Assembly (NCBI GenBank): GCA_030324005.1
Contig: JARDVH010000106.1
Span: 60,635,117 to 60,699,116, forward strand
Direction of reading: 5' to 3'
Origin: Negaprion brevirostris
Lineage: Eukaryota
Length of the DNA: 64,000 nucleotides
Part shown: piece after piece, positions 1 through 12,369 of the stretch
How positions within the stretch are numbered: position 1 is the stretch's first letter
Layout of the letters: each line of letters starts with the position of its first letter
Notes under the pieces: model-generated
The model's database searches: none
What the model was told of the DNA's origin: nothing
What the model saw: the letters and a program-made list of their open reading frames with translations, nothing else
Translations under genes and position numbers: made by a program

Positions 1-268
1 GTTTAATTATTAGAGTCACACGTAGGCTTACATTAACACTGTAATGAAGTTACTGTGAAAATCCCCCGGTCGCCACAGTGTTAGGGAGAATTAGTAATGG
101 CCAATGCACCTAACCAGCGCATCTTTCAGGCTGCGGGAGGAAACTGGAGCACCCAGCGGAAACCCATGCAGACATGGGGAGAACGTGCAGACTCTGCACA
201 GACAGTGACCTGAGTCGGGAATCAAACCCAGATCTCTAGCACTGTGAGGCAGTAGTGCTAACCACTGT
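1..268 (-). mobile_element. HE1-type tRNA-derived SINE (elasmobranch V-SINE family)
   Basis: Minus strand reads cagtggttagcactactgcctcacag (A box)...gggtttgattcc (B box)...tgtctgtgcagagtctgcacgttctccc; homologous copies at 17131, 45355, 53504 and 57297. Confidence 0.85.
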
Positions 269-985
269 AAGAACATAAGAACTTAGTCCTAATTCTACTC
301 CCCCTTATTTTGAGGCCATGCCTGAGTTTTAATTTCACCTGCCAGTGGAAACAACTTCCCTGCTTCTATCTTATCTGTTCCCTTCACAATCTTATATGTT
401 TCGATAAGATCTCCCCGCATTCTTCTGAATTCCAAGGAGTATAGCCCCAGTCTACTCAGTGTCTCCTCATATGCCAACCCCCTCAATTCCAGAATCAACC
501 TAGTGAACCTCCTCTGCATCTCCTCTAGTGCCAGTACATATTCTCTCAAGTAAGGAGACCATACACAGTACTCTAGGTGTGGCCTCACCAGTACCTTAAG
601 CAGCTGCAACATAATCTCATTGTTTTTAAATTCCATCCCTCTCGCAACAAAGGACAAAATTCCATTTGCCTTCTTAATTACCTGCTTCACCTGCAAACCA
701 ACTTTTTGTGATTCATACACAAGGACACCCAGGTTGCTCAGCACACCAGCATGCTGCAGTTTTTTACCATTTAAATAATAATCTATTTTGCTGTTTTTCC
801 TACCAAAATGGTGACTTCATATTTACCAACATTGTACTCCATCTGCTAGATCCTTGCCCACTTGGTTAGACTACCTATATCCCTTTGCAGACTTTCAGCG
901 TCCTCTGCACACTTTGCTCTGCCACTCATCTTAGAGTCATCTGCGAATTTTGATACACTACACTTGGTCCCCAACTCAAAACCAT
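269..985 (-). mobile_element. CR1-clade LINE 3' fragment (RT C-terminus)
   Basis: ORF 295-744 LVRPHLEYCV..QRRFTRLI..LGLYSLEFRRMRGDLIETYKI; (taagaaca)n tail at 268-282. Confidence 0.9.
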
Positions 986-1015
986 CTGGAGAAACCATAA
1001 ATCGTTCAAGCTTAC

Positions 1016-1136
1016 CTATTAGCACTGGTAATTTAATTTCATATCAGCCATAACAATGTCAGTTTCCCTTATTCTCATCATAAAAGGCCAGATTCTGCAA
1101 TTGATGCTCCAGGCAGAACTTAATGGTACAATAATT
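1016..1136 (-). pseudogene. Disrupted exon remnant of RGSL1/RGS22-like gene
   Basis: ttatag|AATTATTG...AATAG|gtaagc; the frame continuing the previous exon reads ELLYH*VLPG..KLTLLWLI* with several stops. Confidence 0.4.
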
Positions 1137-1309
1137 CTATAAATTCTCAATGATATGAGCATGATATATTACTTGGGAGTCATAATTATTAACAAAGAAC
1201 TTAAAAGAAAACATTGAACAAATACATTGGTCTTAAATTTTTCCAGACTACAGTCCTAACCTCAGCAGGAGACTAGCAGCGTCCCAAAGAAAACAATAGA
1301 TGGGAACAT

Positions 1310-1486
1310 TTGGCCCTTCCCACCAGTGGGATCTTCTGGTCCCACTGAAGTCATCCCGGCAGCGGATAGGCGAGCCATGCAAATTCCCATTGACTTCAAG
1401 GGGACTGGAAGATCCCTCTGGCAGCCAATAGCGAGCCACATCCATGATGAGAAAACCCACCACAGGGGGGACTGGAAAATTCCAGC
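1310..1486. mobile_element. Short non-autonomous DNA transposon (Harbinger-like MITE)
   Basis: Internal cccattgacttcaaggg core and terminal ggaaaattccagcc, shared with 25010-25203, 42222-42349 and 48299-48405. Confidence 0.6.
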
Positions 1487-1515
1487 CAATGTAAATAACC
1501 ATTTCCACCATTTAC

Positions 1516-1579
1516 CTGGGGTTAAAGTTGTAAAGCGAAAGAACCTCTGCAGAATTTCAACACATTTTGAAAGCATTTG
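1516..1579 (-). pseudogene. Open exon QMLSKCVEILQRFFRFTTLTP of RGSL1/RGS22-like gene
   Basis: ttctctttgtag acceptor, CCAG|gtaaat donor, 64 nt; only one frame open and it matches the phase of the upstream exon. Confidence 0.6.
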
Positions 1580-1716
1580 CTACAAAGAGAATCCATAGAG
1601 AACCCACAAAAAGAATCCACTTCTATTAACTATTTTAGACGACATCAGATCAGTATAGAAGACCTTAAAACACTTCACGGATCAATATTACTTATCTATA
1701 TAGTCAGTGAAATTAC

Positions 1717-1779
1717 ATGTTCAATCCTTGTTCTGGTAACATGTTTCGATGAATAGCTGAGAATCTTTTCGCTGGAAGA
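1717..1779 (-). pseudogene. Open exon SSSEKILSYSSKHVTRTRIEH
   Basis: cattctgcag acceptor, CAT|gtaatt donor, 63 nt, phase 0-0, fits both neighbours. Confidence 0.5.
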
Positions 1780-1794
1780 CTGCAGAATGAGCCA

Positions 1795-2130
1795 GAAGAG
1801 ATCTTTAAGATTATGGGAGTATTTGATAGGATAGAGGAAGAGAAATAGCTCAACTTTTGAGAGTGACCAAAACTAGGGGCCATAAATATAAGAAAGCCGT
1901 AAATAAATTCAATAAAGAATTCAGAGGAAACTTCTCTATTCATGAAGTGGTGGGGGAGTGAAGTATGCTACCGCTTGGAGCAACTGAGGCAAATAAATAC
2001 ATGAAGTCAGATATGTGAGAAACAAAGGAATAGAAGGAAATACTGATCGGGTGAGAACAAGTAAATCTTGTGTCGATCCCAGACAAATGTGAGTAGCCGA
2101 TTACCATGCTGTGAATTCTATGCAATTAGA
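1795..2130 (+). mobile_element. Old CR1 LINE 3' end
   Basis: Decayed CR1 3' motifs (tttaagattatg...gaggaaacttctctattcatgaagtggtg). Confidence 0.6.
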
Positions 2131-2144
2131 AGATAGCTGTGCAC

Positions 2145-2209
2145 CTGAGTCATACTTCTTAATCCATTTCCACTGTAATATCTTACGAATGAAGACAAGT
2201 TAAATGATC
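2145..2209 (-). pseudogene. Open exon (G)SFNLSSFVRYYSGNGLRSMTQ
   Basis: ctctcttcag acceptor, CAG|gtgcac donor, 65 nt, phase 1-0; only one frame open. Confidence 0.55.
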
Positions 2210-2458
2210 CTGAAGAGAGTCTTGAGTTATATTATTTTGTTCATTCACAGAGTGAGCTTGGTCTGCTTTAATAATCTAACGAGTCTTAACTCAAAGNNNN
2301 NNNNNNNNNNNNNNNNNNNNNNNNNNNNNNNNNNNNNNNNNNNNNNNNNNNNNNNNNATAATGACTCAAGGTTCAATCATCCTACCTTGTGATGTTCCTG
2401 ATCTCAGCATGCTGCAAAGGGTAGAGGGCAGAAAGAAACGAGAAAGTTATTTCTTAAC

Positions 2459-2577
2459 CTCCCTTAGAAGGCATTAATATGTTGCAAAATATCCAAGAGT
2501 GTGCCAAATCAGTGTTAAAAACTGTTTTATGGCACACTCTGATCATCTGGCATGCTTCCGACGCATGTACAGCACAC
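2459..2577 (-). pseudogene. Open exon CAVHASEACQMIRVCHKTVFNTDLAHSWIFCNILMPSKG
   Basis: cattttacag acceptor, GAG|gttaag donor, 119 nt; ends in phase 1, matching the next exon. Confidence 0.55.
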
Positions 2578-3169
2578 CTGTAAAATGCCATACAGTCAGT
2601 GGTGGCAAAGGGCGGTGAGGGGGTTGCCATGAACTGCACCAGAAATGGCCAGAAGAGATCTAGCCAACATTTTTCGCATTTCAGGCTTCTGTAGTGCCAG
2701 CACAAGCAACACTGCAGAGCTGAATTCTCAGTTCTGATCTCAGCAGTACTGGTACATACAGAAATCAGTGCAGAATGAAGCAATGTGCTTCACTGCAGAG
2801 AGTGCTAACGCAGTGTGGGGGGTTTACAGGAGATAGAGTAATGAGGGATATTTACAATTACCTGATTTACATTAACCATTCTGGTTACTCAGATGCATGA
2901 TTAGCTGCCTAATGTCCCATTGTTCAAAATAACTAAATATTGTTCTAACTTCATTTTTAAGGATGCTGAACAACAGTTTCAGTGTGCGTCATGAGTCAGG
3001 ACATAAAAAGATATTTGTGGCACCAAGGGGCTGTTTTTTGAATGAGTATTAAAGTGAGGCCATGTAATCACAGTCTTTGCAACACCGAGTGAATATTAAA
3101 ATCAAGGCATTGGGCCCGATTCTCTGACCTCACCTGCAGCTGGGATTCTCCAGGCTCGCTGCTGTGAAC

Positions 3170-3690
3170 AGAGAAAGAGGCCATGGAGTGATTTGAACCC
3201 AGGGACAAGAATTATAGAGCTGGAGCCAATGTAGGTCATTGTACACAGGCGCTTATGGACAAACTGGCTTTGGTGTGAGTTAGGATAGAGGCAGCAGAGT
3301 TTTGGATGGCCTCCAGTTGATGGAAGGGCAGAAGATAAGAGGTTAGCCAGTGGAGCTTTGGGATGATCAAGTCCAAATATAACAAAGGCATGGGTGAATG
3401 TTTCAGATGGATTGTAGCAATGGCATTGTTACAGATATGGCAGTGGATGACCTCAATGATAGAGCAGAAATGGTTCAAAAGCTCAGTTAATGGTCAAGTA
3501 GGACAATGAGGATGCAAACATTCTGGGTCAGCCGCAGACAATAGCTAAGGAGAGGAATGGAACTGGTGGCGAGGAATCAGAGTTTATGTCAGTGGCTGAA
3601 AAGGATAACTTTGGTCTTCCTCAATATTTAGCCAGAGTATTTTTTGTCCCTCATCAAATCCTGGACAGCAAATAAACAGTCTGCCACAAC
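3170..3690 (-). mobile_element. L2-clade LINE fragment
   Basis: ORF 3236-3478 ends LEAIQNSAASILTHTK, an L2 RT C-terminal motif; similar to 48820-49800. Confidence 0.65.
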
Positions 3691-4011
3691 TTTAAGAATA
3701 GAGCTAAGGTATTCATCTCCCTCTCCCCTCCAAAAATGTAATTGAAAATTGATGATTACCCTTTTCACTTTGGTTCTCCCAGAAATATTTGACAATTTGG
3801 TTTTTCTTGTAAGAAATTATGGAATTAATTTTCTCAGGCAATCTTTCATCTATCACTGTGACTTTGAGTGTGTTGAGGAAAATTCATAAATGAGTGTAAT
3901 TAGGGTTTCTGATTATGTTGTACCCAAGGTTACAGTGGCAGAGTGAGAGAAGGACCAAGGAAATTAAATCTTAAACTTCTGATTGATGACAGGAAAAATA
4001 TGTAAAATGAA

Positions 4012-4270
4012 TACTTGCATTTATACAACACCTTCACAATTTCAGGATATTCCAAAGTGCTTTACAGTTGGTGAAGTCCTTTAAATTGTAGTCACTGTAA
4101 CTCACAGAGCAGAATATCTGTATTTAACCGTTCTTTGAGAAATAAACATTGGGCCACTGGATGATCTCACTGNNNNNNNNNNTCTTCTTTGATTAGTGCC
4201 ATTGGATCTTTTACATTCACTTGAAAGGACAAAGTCTCACTAGAAAACTCATCAAAAAGACAGCATGGCG
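4012..4270 (-). mobile_element. Deu-domain/SacSINE1-like SINE fragment with L2-type tail
   Basis: ttgcatttatacaacaccttcac..ccaaagtgctttacag..gtagtcactgt..gccattggatcttttacattcac; similar to 60700-61035. Confidence 0.55.
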
Positions 4271-5238
4271 ATGCCACTAATACCTTTTCATGTTCTGACT
4301 CATGCTGTACACTAAAACTATAGTTCAGCATCATTAAGAATCAAGTTACAACAATATTTCGCTAATTTGAACCATGGGACATTAGGCAGCTAATCGTTTG
4401 GATTAAACAGCTTATTCAGAATAACCACAATATTTAATGAAATGTGCTATTGATATGTTTTGCAAAGCCCTGATGTAACTTCCAAAATAATTAATCACAA
4501 ATTGACCTTGTGTCAGATTGTCCTCAAAAGAGAAGATTGTCTCTGGCTGTAGCTATCACCCACCATGGCTTACGCTGAAAGTTAAGTTCTGCCTCTTTTC
4601 TGCCTCCCTGTTTCTTTTTGTTTTCTCTCTCTCTCAGTATGGTTCCCCTATTTTCACTCATTGCTGCCTTACAACTCTCCCTTTGTCCCACAATAATTGT
4701 CTGAGAACTATCGAAAAATGAAAGAAAAGATAGAAAAATTGAGAGAGAGGATGGGGCCTGAACAAGAATTTCAGAACAGGACAAAGCAGGACATAGACAA
4801 TTTGTTCCATGCTCCACCCTGGGAAATGATCAATCTATGGACTATGTGAATTTTCTTTATTAAAAAAACATATCTAGAACACTCACAGTAAGATCCAATA
4901 TAGATACATTTTTTAAAGATACTTTTATAAGAAACTATGCAGAAACACCAATTAAATGAAGAATTGGATTCCATTATTTCTGGTGCTCAATTTTTTTCCC
5001 ACTGACCATAATGCTACAGATGAATGAAGCTTTATATAAAATATCACTTATAATGAGGAAATTTACAAAATAAATATTACAGACTGCTTCAAATTTCATT
5101 CAGGAACAGTTGTCTGATAAATGTCAACATCAGTATAATGATTTATTCACTAAAAGAGCTCATATAAAGCTAACACTTCACAGACTAATACCCAGTATAG
5201 CTCTCATTCCCACAGAAAAGAAGGAAGTAATTTCAGAT

Positions 5239-6343
5239 TGTTAACTTAAAAACAAATTCAAAAGTCCTCTACAGGCATGTTGACAGTAAAAGCGTTATCA
5301 GAGGAGCAGTTAGACCAATTGGGTCCATATGACATGAAAAAAAAGCCAAAATTTTATTATTTATCATTTAAAAAATTGATTCAGTTGGACCAAAAATAGA
5401 TGGCTGCCTCAAGTCACATGACTGAAGGACAGGCCCTTTTTTCTGGGAGCAACCAGAGTTCCAAAGAAATTCTTCTCTCAGTCTATGGAATCTCACACCT
5501 CTCATACCTCATTGTATAGAGCCCTTGTAATCTTCAAAAATGCAGACAGCCTGAATTATCACAAAAGAGGGTGATCAAAGTTTCTTATATTAGAAGGTAG
5601 GCTAATAACCAACCTGTCTCTCTCCTGAGGAGGAACAATGGAATTCTGGCCGGAAGCACAGAAATGGATTGTTAAACTGCCATCACCCAGTAATGTGCCA
5701 TGTCACATGGCACAACCTTTTGGGTAGGTTTAATATATTTTTGGCCTCATGGCTTGTCTATTATTGAACATCCAAGCAGTGAGCCTCACCTTTCCCCATA
5801 CCCCACCCCTCACCCTCCCCTCAAGAAGCAAAACCCCAGGCAGAACAGCCTCCTCTTTAAAGCCAGTCTCTGCTGAAATACTTCTAAACATCGCCTAAGC
5901 ATGCAAAGAGCTGACCGAGTCTCTCTGTACCTATGGCATCATGTGGTAGTGGCATCAATTGTAAAGAGACCTCGATAACTCCAGTCTTCAGAGACTCAAA
6001 CTCCTACATGAAAGATTTACCCACTGGACTCTGGAAATTACGTGAATATCAATTTCTTGCACAGTTACTTACTGCAGCTGTAAAACTCTTTTCGCTATCC
6101 ACCCCTTTAACCATGTATCTGTGTAGTGAAATGGGAACACTCCTTCCTAGGTTCTGTATGTGGAATATACTAATATTCTGGGTTAATCATAACATGAACT
6201 TGCTGTGAATCATTAGTAAATTGTATCCCACACAGAGTTTGGAAACTGCCATGCATAATTTAAAAGAATTCAAAGCTTCCGCCTACAGATAGGTGTTGAG
6301 AGGAAATGAGTGCAGCTTGCCTGTCTCTCTCCTCACTGTAACA
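5239..6343. mobile_element. Solo LTR
   Basis: TGTTA...TAACA termini, 1105 bp, flanked by cagat/aagat (5-bp TSD, one mismatch). Confidence 0.55.
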
Positions 6344-6349
6344 AAGATC

Positions 6350-6950
6350 TCTTGGTTAAAGCAGAAAGTATAGCTCAGGTACTAAATGAGTACTTTAAAT
6401 GTGTCTGCCAAGGAAGAGGACTTTACTAAAACTGCCATAAGGTTGTCAAGATATTGAGTGAGATAAAAATAGATAAAGACAAAGTGCTCAAATACCAACA
6501 GTGCTGAGAGAATGAAAGTCATTCAGTTTAGCTGGGATGCATCCTCGGATGCTGAGAAAGTAAGGGTAGAAAATACAGAGGTTCTGCCCACAATCTTCCA
6601 ATTACCCTTAGTTAGGATGCAGTGGTGCCAGAGAATTGGAAGATTGAAGATGATACACCCTTGTTCAAAAAAAGGGAGAAGAATAAACCTGGAAATTACA
6701 GGTCAATCAGTTTCATGTCAGTACCAGGAAAGTTTTTAAAAACAATGTTCTAAAGAGAAAAATAACAACCACCTGAACAAGTACGGACTAATAAAGAAAA
6801 ACCAGTAAGGGTTTGTTAAGGTCAAATCATGCTTGACTTAACTTGCTTGAGGTTTTGAAGATACAACTAGGTGAGTGGTGTAGCTGATGTATATACAGAC
6901 ATTCAAAGGGCATACCACATGTCAGGCTTCTTAAACCAATGAGATAAATT
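6350..6950 (+). mobile_element. Decayed CR1 LINE (RT N-terminal region)
   Basis: Frameshifted VVPENWKI..TPLFKKGRRxKPGNYRSIS..VKVKSCLT motifs. Confidence 0.75.
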
Positions 6951-6969
6951 GATGCATACAAAGTGGAAG

Positions 6970-7600
6970 ACACAGGAACACCATCCCTCAAATTTGCTTG
7001 AGGATCCATTATACTTATAAATGAGACTACTCACTCTCTTGTGCCTGTACTCCCACTTCGCTGTGCATGACGGAATAGCCACGATGCTGTCCTGCCAGAT
7101 CAAGAGCCTCCACTTTCATTAGCATCAGGACAGTGAGAAATGAGATCCAACTGCTTTGGAAGGAAAGAAAGCCCAAACCAACGTCCACTGTTCCACAAGA
7201 TCAGGCACCTTATCTGTCCAATTTGAGGCCATTCAAATGTATATGGCATTAAGCCACTCCAGAGTAACCTTGCAAATGTCACTGGTGACAGAGCCAGACA
7301 CTTCTGCAAACTGCATCCATTACCTTGATAAGAAATGCTTCAGCCTAACTCCATTGTCACTAACAAGGTGATTTCTCCCTTTCCCAATGTGGTGCCCTCA
7401 CACTTATCCATTTGCCAACCTCTAAGGGAACCGAGGAGTGTGGTCCACATCTTAGCAAAGTGGAGAATTTCACTGATGTGCACTGCAACGAGTTTCTTCA
7501 AAAAACCTCACAGCTGCTGACCTTCTCCATGATCTCCATCCAGGCTTGCTTGGTTAGACTGGGAGATCTCTTACATCTCTCCCATCCTGCCTAAAGGAGA
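6970..7600 (-). mobile_element. Tx1/L1-like LINE fragment
   Basis: Degenerate coding sequence resembling the 39900-41860 element in reverse orientation. Confidence 0.45.
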
Positions 7601-7949
7601 AAATGCAGGAAATCATCACTGAGCCGTGGGGTCATCTGGGCTCTTTCTAAATGGTTAGATTGGGTTTTAGTGCTGTGTCCTGCGACAAAAGACAGCCCAG
7701 TACTGCACAGGCATGTCAGCTTAAATTTTGTAAATGTCATAAGTTGGTTGTTTCTCACTGATTTCAAAAATGGGAAAGAATTTTGTTTAGCAAATGCTTG
7801 TTGTGAACAGCAACTCTCTTATTATAAACTGCATCCAGATCCAGTAGTGAATAATCAGATTGAGTCATACTGATTCTCTTATCTTTTAATAACAACTTTT
7901 AAAATACTTACCGGTTTATTATTCAAAATAAAAATTATTACAGTGAAAA

Positions 7950-8035
7950 TTCTCCTAACACCAGGTTAAAGTCCAACAAGCTTATTCAATGGCATGAGCT
8001 TTCAGAGCGCTCCTCCTTCAACTGGTGAGTCACTT
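7950..8035 (-). mobile_element. Penelope-like element end with degenerate hammerhead motif
   Basis: Reverse complement contains ..ggagcgctctgaaagctc..gttggactttaacctggtgtt, homologous to 58770-58860. Confidence 0.65.
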
Positions 8036-8864
8036 GATTGTGGTCAGCACAGACTCGGTGGACCAAATGGCCTCCATCTACGCTGTAGAAATTCTATGAT
8101 TCAGTACTGACCTTCAAGTCAACAGAATAGCTTACAGCTAAGAGCAGGAAGCATCCATGTAGAGCAGAATGGAGGTGGATACACAAACTGGCAAGATGTG
8201 CCAATTGGCAGCACTGGATTCGGATAATAAAGGAATTTTCAACATACACTGGGGAGGGGTGGAGAAGCATGTGGGGACAAGGAAATGGGGGTAGATTTAA
8301 TGTTGTGCAGCTGTGTGGAGGGGGAAATAAGGCTTTGTAACTCTGAGGTCCCAGGGTTCATCAGCATAAAGCACAAGATTGTTGGGTTTTAGCTGCATCA
8401 GAGGGGTATTCAATCATAATGGGAGGGGCAAAGTTGGAAAAACTGGGAGGAGCGTGCAAAATTTGACTCATGAGGGGACTTCTGGCATCCAGCAGTACAG
8501 TGCAGGAATGAATTGTTCTGTGGTCTGACATTACTGGAAATTGTCATGCCACTGATAAAAATGCACTGGATTTTCAGCATCCTGCTGCACATTTTGTGAG
8601 GTAACTCCTTTATTCTGGTGATTCTTGAGGATTGAGCAAAGCCTGGTTCTAGACAAAGGGTGAGAAGCAAGGGACCAAGAATCAATCTACTACTGCCTTG
8701 TCTCCAGCCAGTTAGGTCCACCCTGACCTCTTGCCTGCCTTTAGGGTCAGCTGTGGCCAGAAGCCAGTGAACAGTGCTATACATGGTTTAAGGTTGGGGT
8801 GGGAAGCAAGAGGTCCATTGTTATTGTGTTTGCTTATTGTACAGAATGGCAGAATAAGGGTTAA

Positions 8865-9050
8865 AAAAAAAAGTATTCTTTATTCTTCAATAGGGTGTAG
8901 GGGTCGCTGGAAACCAGCATCTGTTGCCTATTCCACACTGGCCAGTGCCTTGCTGGGCGATTTCAAAGGGGAGTCAACCACATTGCTGTGGATCTGGAGT
9001 GACATATAGGTCAGGCCAGCCAAGGATGGCAGATTTCCTTCCCTAACGGG
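8865..9050 (-). mobile_element. LINE 3' end (same family as 25250-26520)
   Basis: cacattgctgtggatctggagtgacatataggtcag..gatggcagatttccttccctaa; related fragments at 11380-11472, 39450-39550 and 59720-59900. Confidence 0.55.
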
Positions 9051-9494
9051 GCACTACCCAATTTCTAGCCTGTAGTGTTCAGAATCCCCTACTAAACTCC
9101 ACTGGAAGTTTAGTTTTTCTCATTTTTAATCAGTAAAGTGCCCATCTGTTCAAATATTATTTGCCACTGTTTTAACTGAATCATAGAAAATAAATGATTA
9201 GTGTTTTTCTGAATAAATTGGCATATGTGCATAAGTAAATATGTAAAGCATAATTGTTTTTAAATACTTAGTGGAGGCAAGTGCTTTAATTATCCCCTCG
9301 CTCCTGCACATATAATGAGCCAAGCTTGCACTTCCTAATGAAAAGTAAGTACATTTTAATAGTTTCCTGTGAAAGTTGGCCTCAAGAAAGTTTCAAAAAT
9401 TCAGCTTGTTTGCAAATTATAAGGGGGAGAAAGTTGACATCTTCTGATCCAGTACAAGGCCAATAACTTGCCCAGATCCCGCCATGCTGACACA

Positions 9495-10034
9495 ATAGTA
9501 AAAAAAAGCTCACCAATGCCTCTTCTTTCTCAGGAGGCTAAGGAAATTCAGCAAGTCCACAACTACTCTCACCAATTTTACAGAAGCACCATAGAAGCTT
9601 GGTATGGTTCTTGCTCTGACCAAGACCACAAGAAATTATGAAGGGTTGTGAACGTAGCCCAGTCCTTCATGCAAATCAGCCTCCCATCCATTGACTCCAT
9701 CTATACTTCCCACTGCCTCAGAAAATGAAGGACCCCACGCAAACCCGGACATACTCTCTTCCACCTTCTCAGGAAAAAGATACAAAAGTTTGAAGTCATG
9801 TACCAGCCGACTCAAGAACAGTTTCTTTCCTGCTGCCGTCAGACTTTTGAATGGTCCTACATGGTAATAGGTTGATCTTTCTCTACACCCTATGACTGTA
9901 ACACTACATTCTGCACCCTCTCCTTTCCTCCTCCTCATGTACTCTGAGCAGTAGGTTTTGTCTCTATATCGCACAAGGAATACTTTTCACTGTATCCCAA
10001 TACACGTGACAATAGTAAATCAAATCAAATCAAA
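9495..10034 (+). mobile_element. Rex1/Babar-clade LINE 3' fragment
   Basis: KKAHQCLFFLRRLRKF..TSRLKNSFFPAAVRLLN; (aaatc)n tail. Confidence 0.8.
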
Positions 10035-10447
10035 AGGCAAGGTACACTTTTGGTTATAATGGGAAATGCTGGGACATGTTCCACATGTGCAAGTTGCAAC
10101 ATGCTTAGAATTGCAGATATAAATGGCCGGAATTTTATTGCCTTGCCCGCCATGGGAATCAGGGCAGGGGTGGGGCAGACCACGGACCGTGCTCCTCAGG
10201 CGGGATTTTATGGTTTCAGGATGAGCGAGGCTATACAAATTCCACCCATTAACTCAAATCAAAGGGCATTGGAGAAAAACTGAGGTCTCCACTGTAAGAA
10301 TTTCAATAAAAGTACTCAAGGTACAAAACAATTTTGTTGGCAAAATTTAAACATACCATGAAGTATGTAGCTTCTACATTATGTCAGAAACATTTCTGCA
10401 GTTACTCTTATCTGAAATCACTGGGAAGAAAAATGGCAAACATTCAC

Positions 10448-10779
10448 TTGACTACATTTGGCTTCTTTTCTCAAAATTAGTAGATTTTCATTGCTGCTCA
10501 TAATTGCTGAATTCTGTATTGTTCCTCTGAAAGGTTTTGTGCTTCTTGATAAGTTGATGGACACAGATTCAGATGCTGGTTGTAGCATTTCAAATAATTT
10601 GGGAAAACAAATCTGCATCTCTTGTAATTGCCAAAGAAAAATGTTGGTTCCAGTTGTTGCACTTGCAGCACTCTGCTAAAGAATATTGGGAGATTTCTCA
10701 TACTCTACATAATCAAACAATGGCATCTTTGGAACTGAGGCTGATATTGTTGATAATTCTGGCCTGACAGGCAATAATT
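10448..10779 (-). pseudogene. 332-nt exon remnant with one in-frame TAG (10676-10678), RGS-like
   Basis: ttttgtccag acceptor, CAA|gtgaat donor; ELLPVRPELSTISASVPKMPLFDYVEYEKSPNIL*QSAASATTGTNIFLWQLQEMQICFPKLFEMLQ...KCSQ. Confidence 0.55.
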
Positions 10780-12369
10780 CTGGACAAAATAGTTACTCCA
10801 AGCTGAGGTTTGCAAAGTGACTCTGCCTTCCACATCAAAACCTTAATGAAGACGTTCATACAGAAAAATTATAATTTTATAAATAACCTTAATCGTGTGT
10901 GATGGCCTTTGACCTGGAAGCAGTAACTGAAATTTATAATTACTTTAAAATGTTTGAAGTATCAGTAATTGTTTTTTAAAACTGTTTCGAAAGGATTGTA
11001 TCAATTGCAAAAGGATCAATTATAATTTGTGGGTGTGATCTGGCGACATCTTACCAACACGGAGAATGCTAAAGTAGGGAGATCATGTGGCACAAATACT
11101 CGAACAGAGATACAGAGATGAAATCAGTACTGGAGAGAGGAGGAAGTTCTGGTGGAACCACGCTACCACAACTGACAGGAACTGAAGAACTGAGAAGATT
11201 CTACAAAAGTTGCATGGACAGACCACCCTTTACATGGAAGCTGCTGCCTGTAGAGAAACAGCAGCACACTGACTGCAATNNNNNNNNNNNNNNNNNNNNN
11301 NNNNNNNNNNNNNNNNNNNNNNNNNNNNNNNNNNNNNNNNNNNNNNNNNNNNNNNNNNNNNNNNNNNNNNNNNNNNNNNGATTCAAGAAGGCAGCTCACC
11401 ACCACCTTCTCAAGGACGTTTAGGGATGGTGGCCAGCCAGCGATGCCCATGTCCCATGAATAAAAAAAAAACATTAAATCCTTGAAGGAGAGGGACTATA
11501 ATTCTACTTGGAAAAACAAGAACAAGAAAGTGGATCTGAACAGGCAGAGCAGACTGCCTACTGCCTCTGTGAGATAGTCTTTGTTGTGTTTGCTATTCCA
11601 CGTTTAATTTGTGGTTCATACCAACTATGATTTGCCTGCTAATTCATGTTTAATTTGTATTGACTCTGATTCATGTTAAAGTTACAAAAAACAAAATCTC
11701 ATCTGGTAATTTGGGGGTCATATGGTAAATTATTGTGTATGTGTATTTTTAGACCTTCATTATGTTAGAAATCTTATCTCAATATTAGAAATTTCAGTTA
11801 CTGAGCATCAATGGCAGAAAGTAAGATTTTGAAAAAATTATATCTCAGTAATTTAGGGGATTCAGTTTACAGATCTGATTTGACATTCTACAAGCATGGA
11901 ACTTGAACCAATCAACTGTAACTGTAATGAGGTACGTGAAGCTAGAGTGGGACATCGACAGTGTCAAAGATAGGGAAGGTAACTTTAACTTTTGACATAG
12001 AAAAGCATTCCAAAGCCCTTCACAGAAATCCCATCAAAAACAAACAGCAAGCCAAATAAGATATTTAACAGGGTGACCAAAGATCTTGATCGAGGAGATC
12101 GATTTTAAAGAGGATGTTAAATCTGGGAGATTGTGTAGAGATGGATGATTCTTAAAGGAACTTCCACAGTGAAGCCCAGGGGCATTCAAGATCAATGAAG
12201 AGGGAGAAAATTACAGAGATTTAAATGATCTAATTAGCCAAAAGGCAAGCTCGGCACTGGTAAGAGACAGCAAGTACCTCCAAAAAATTGGAATAGTCTA
12301 CCTGACACCATGGAAGAGCTTCTCCCAAAAAAATTCAAAATGTCAAATTCATGTAAAAACTGGAGTAAA

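Larger units (their letters stand above)
2899..4395. repeat. Inverted repeat pair, arms 2899-3023 and 4271-4395
   Basis: Ungapped manual alignment, about 106/125 identical. Confidence 0.9.
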
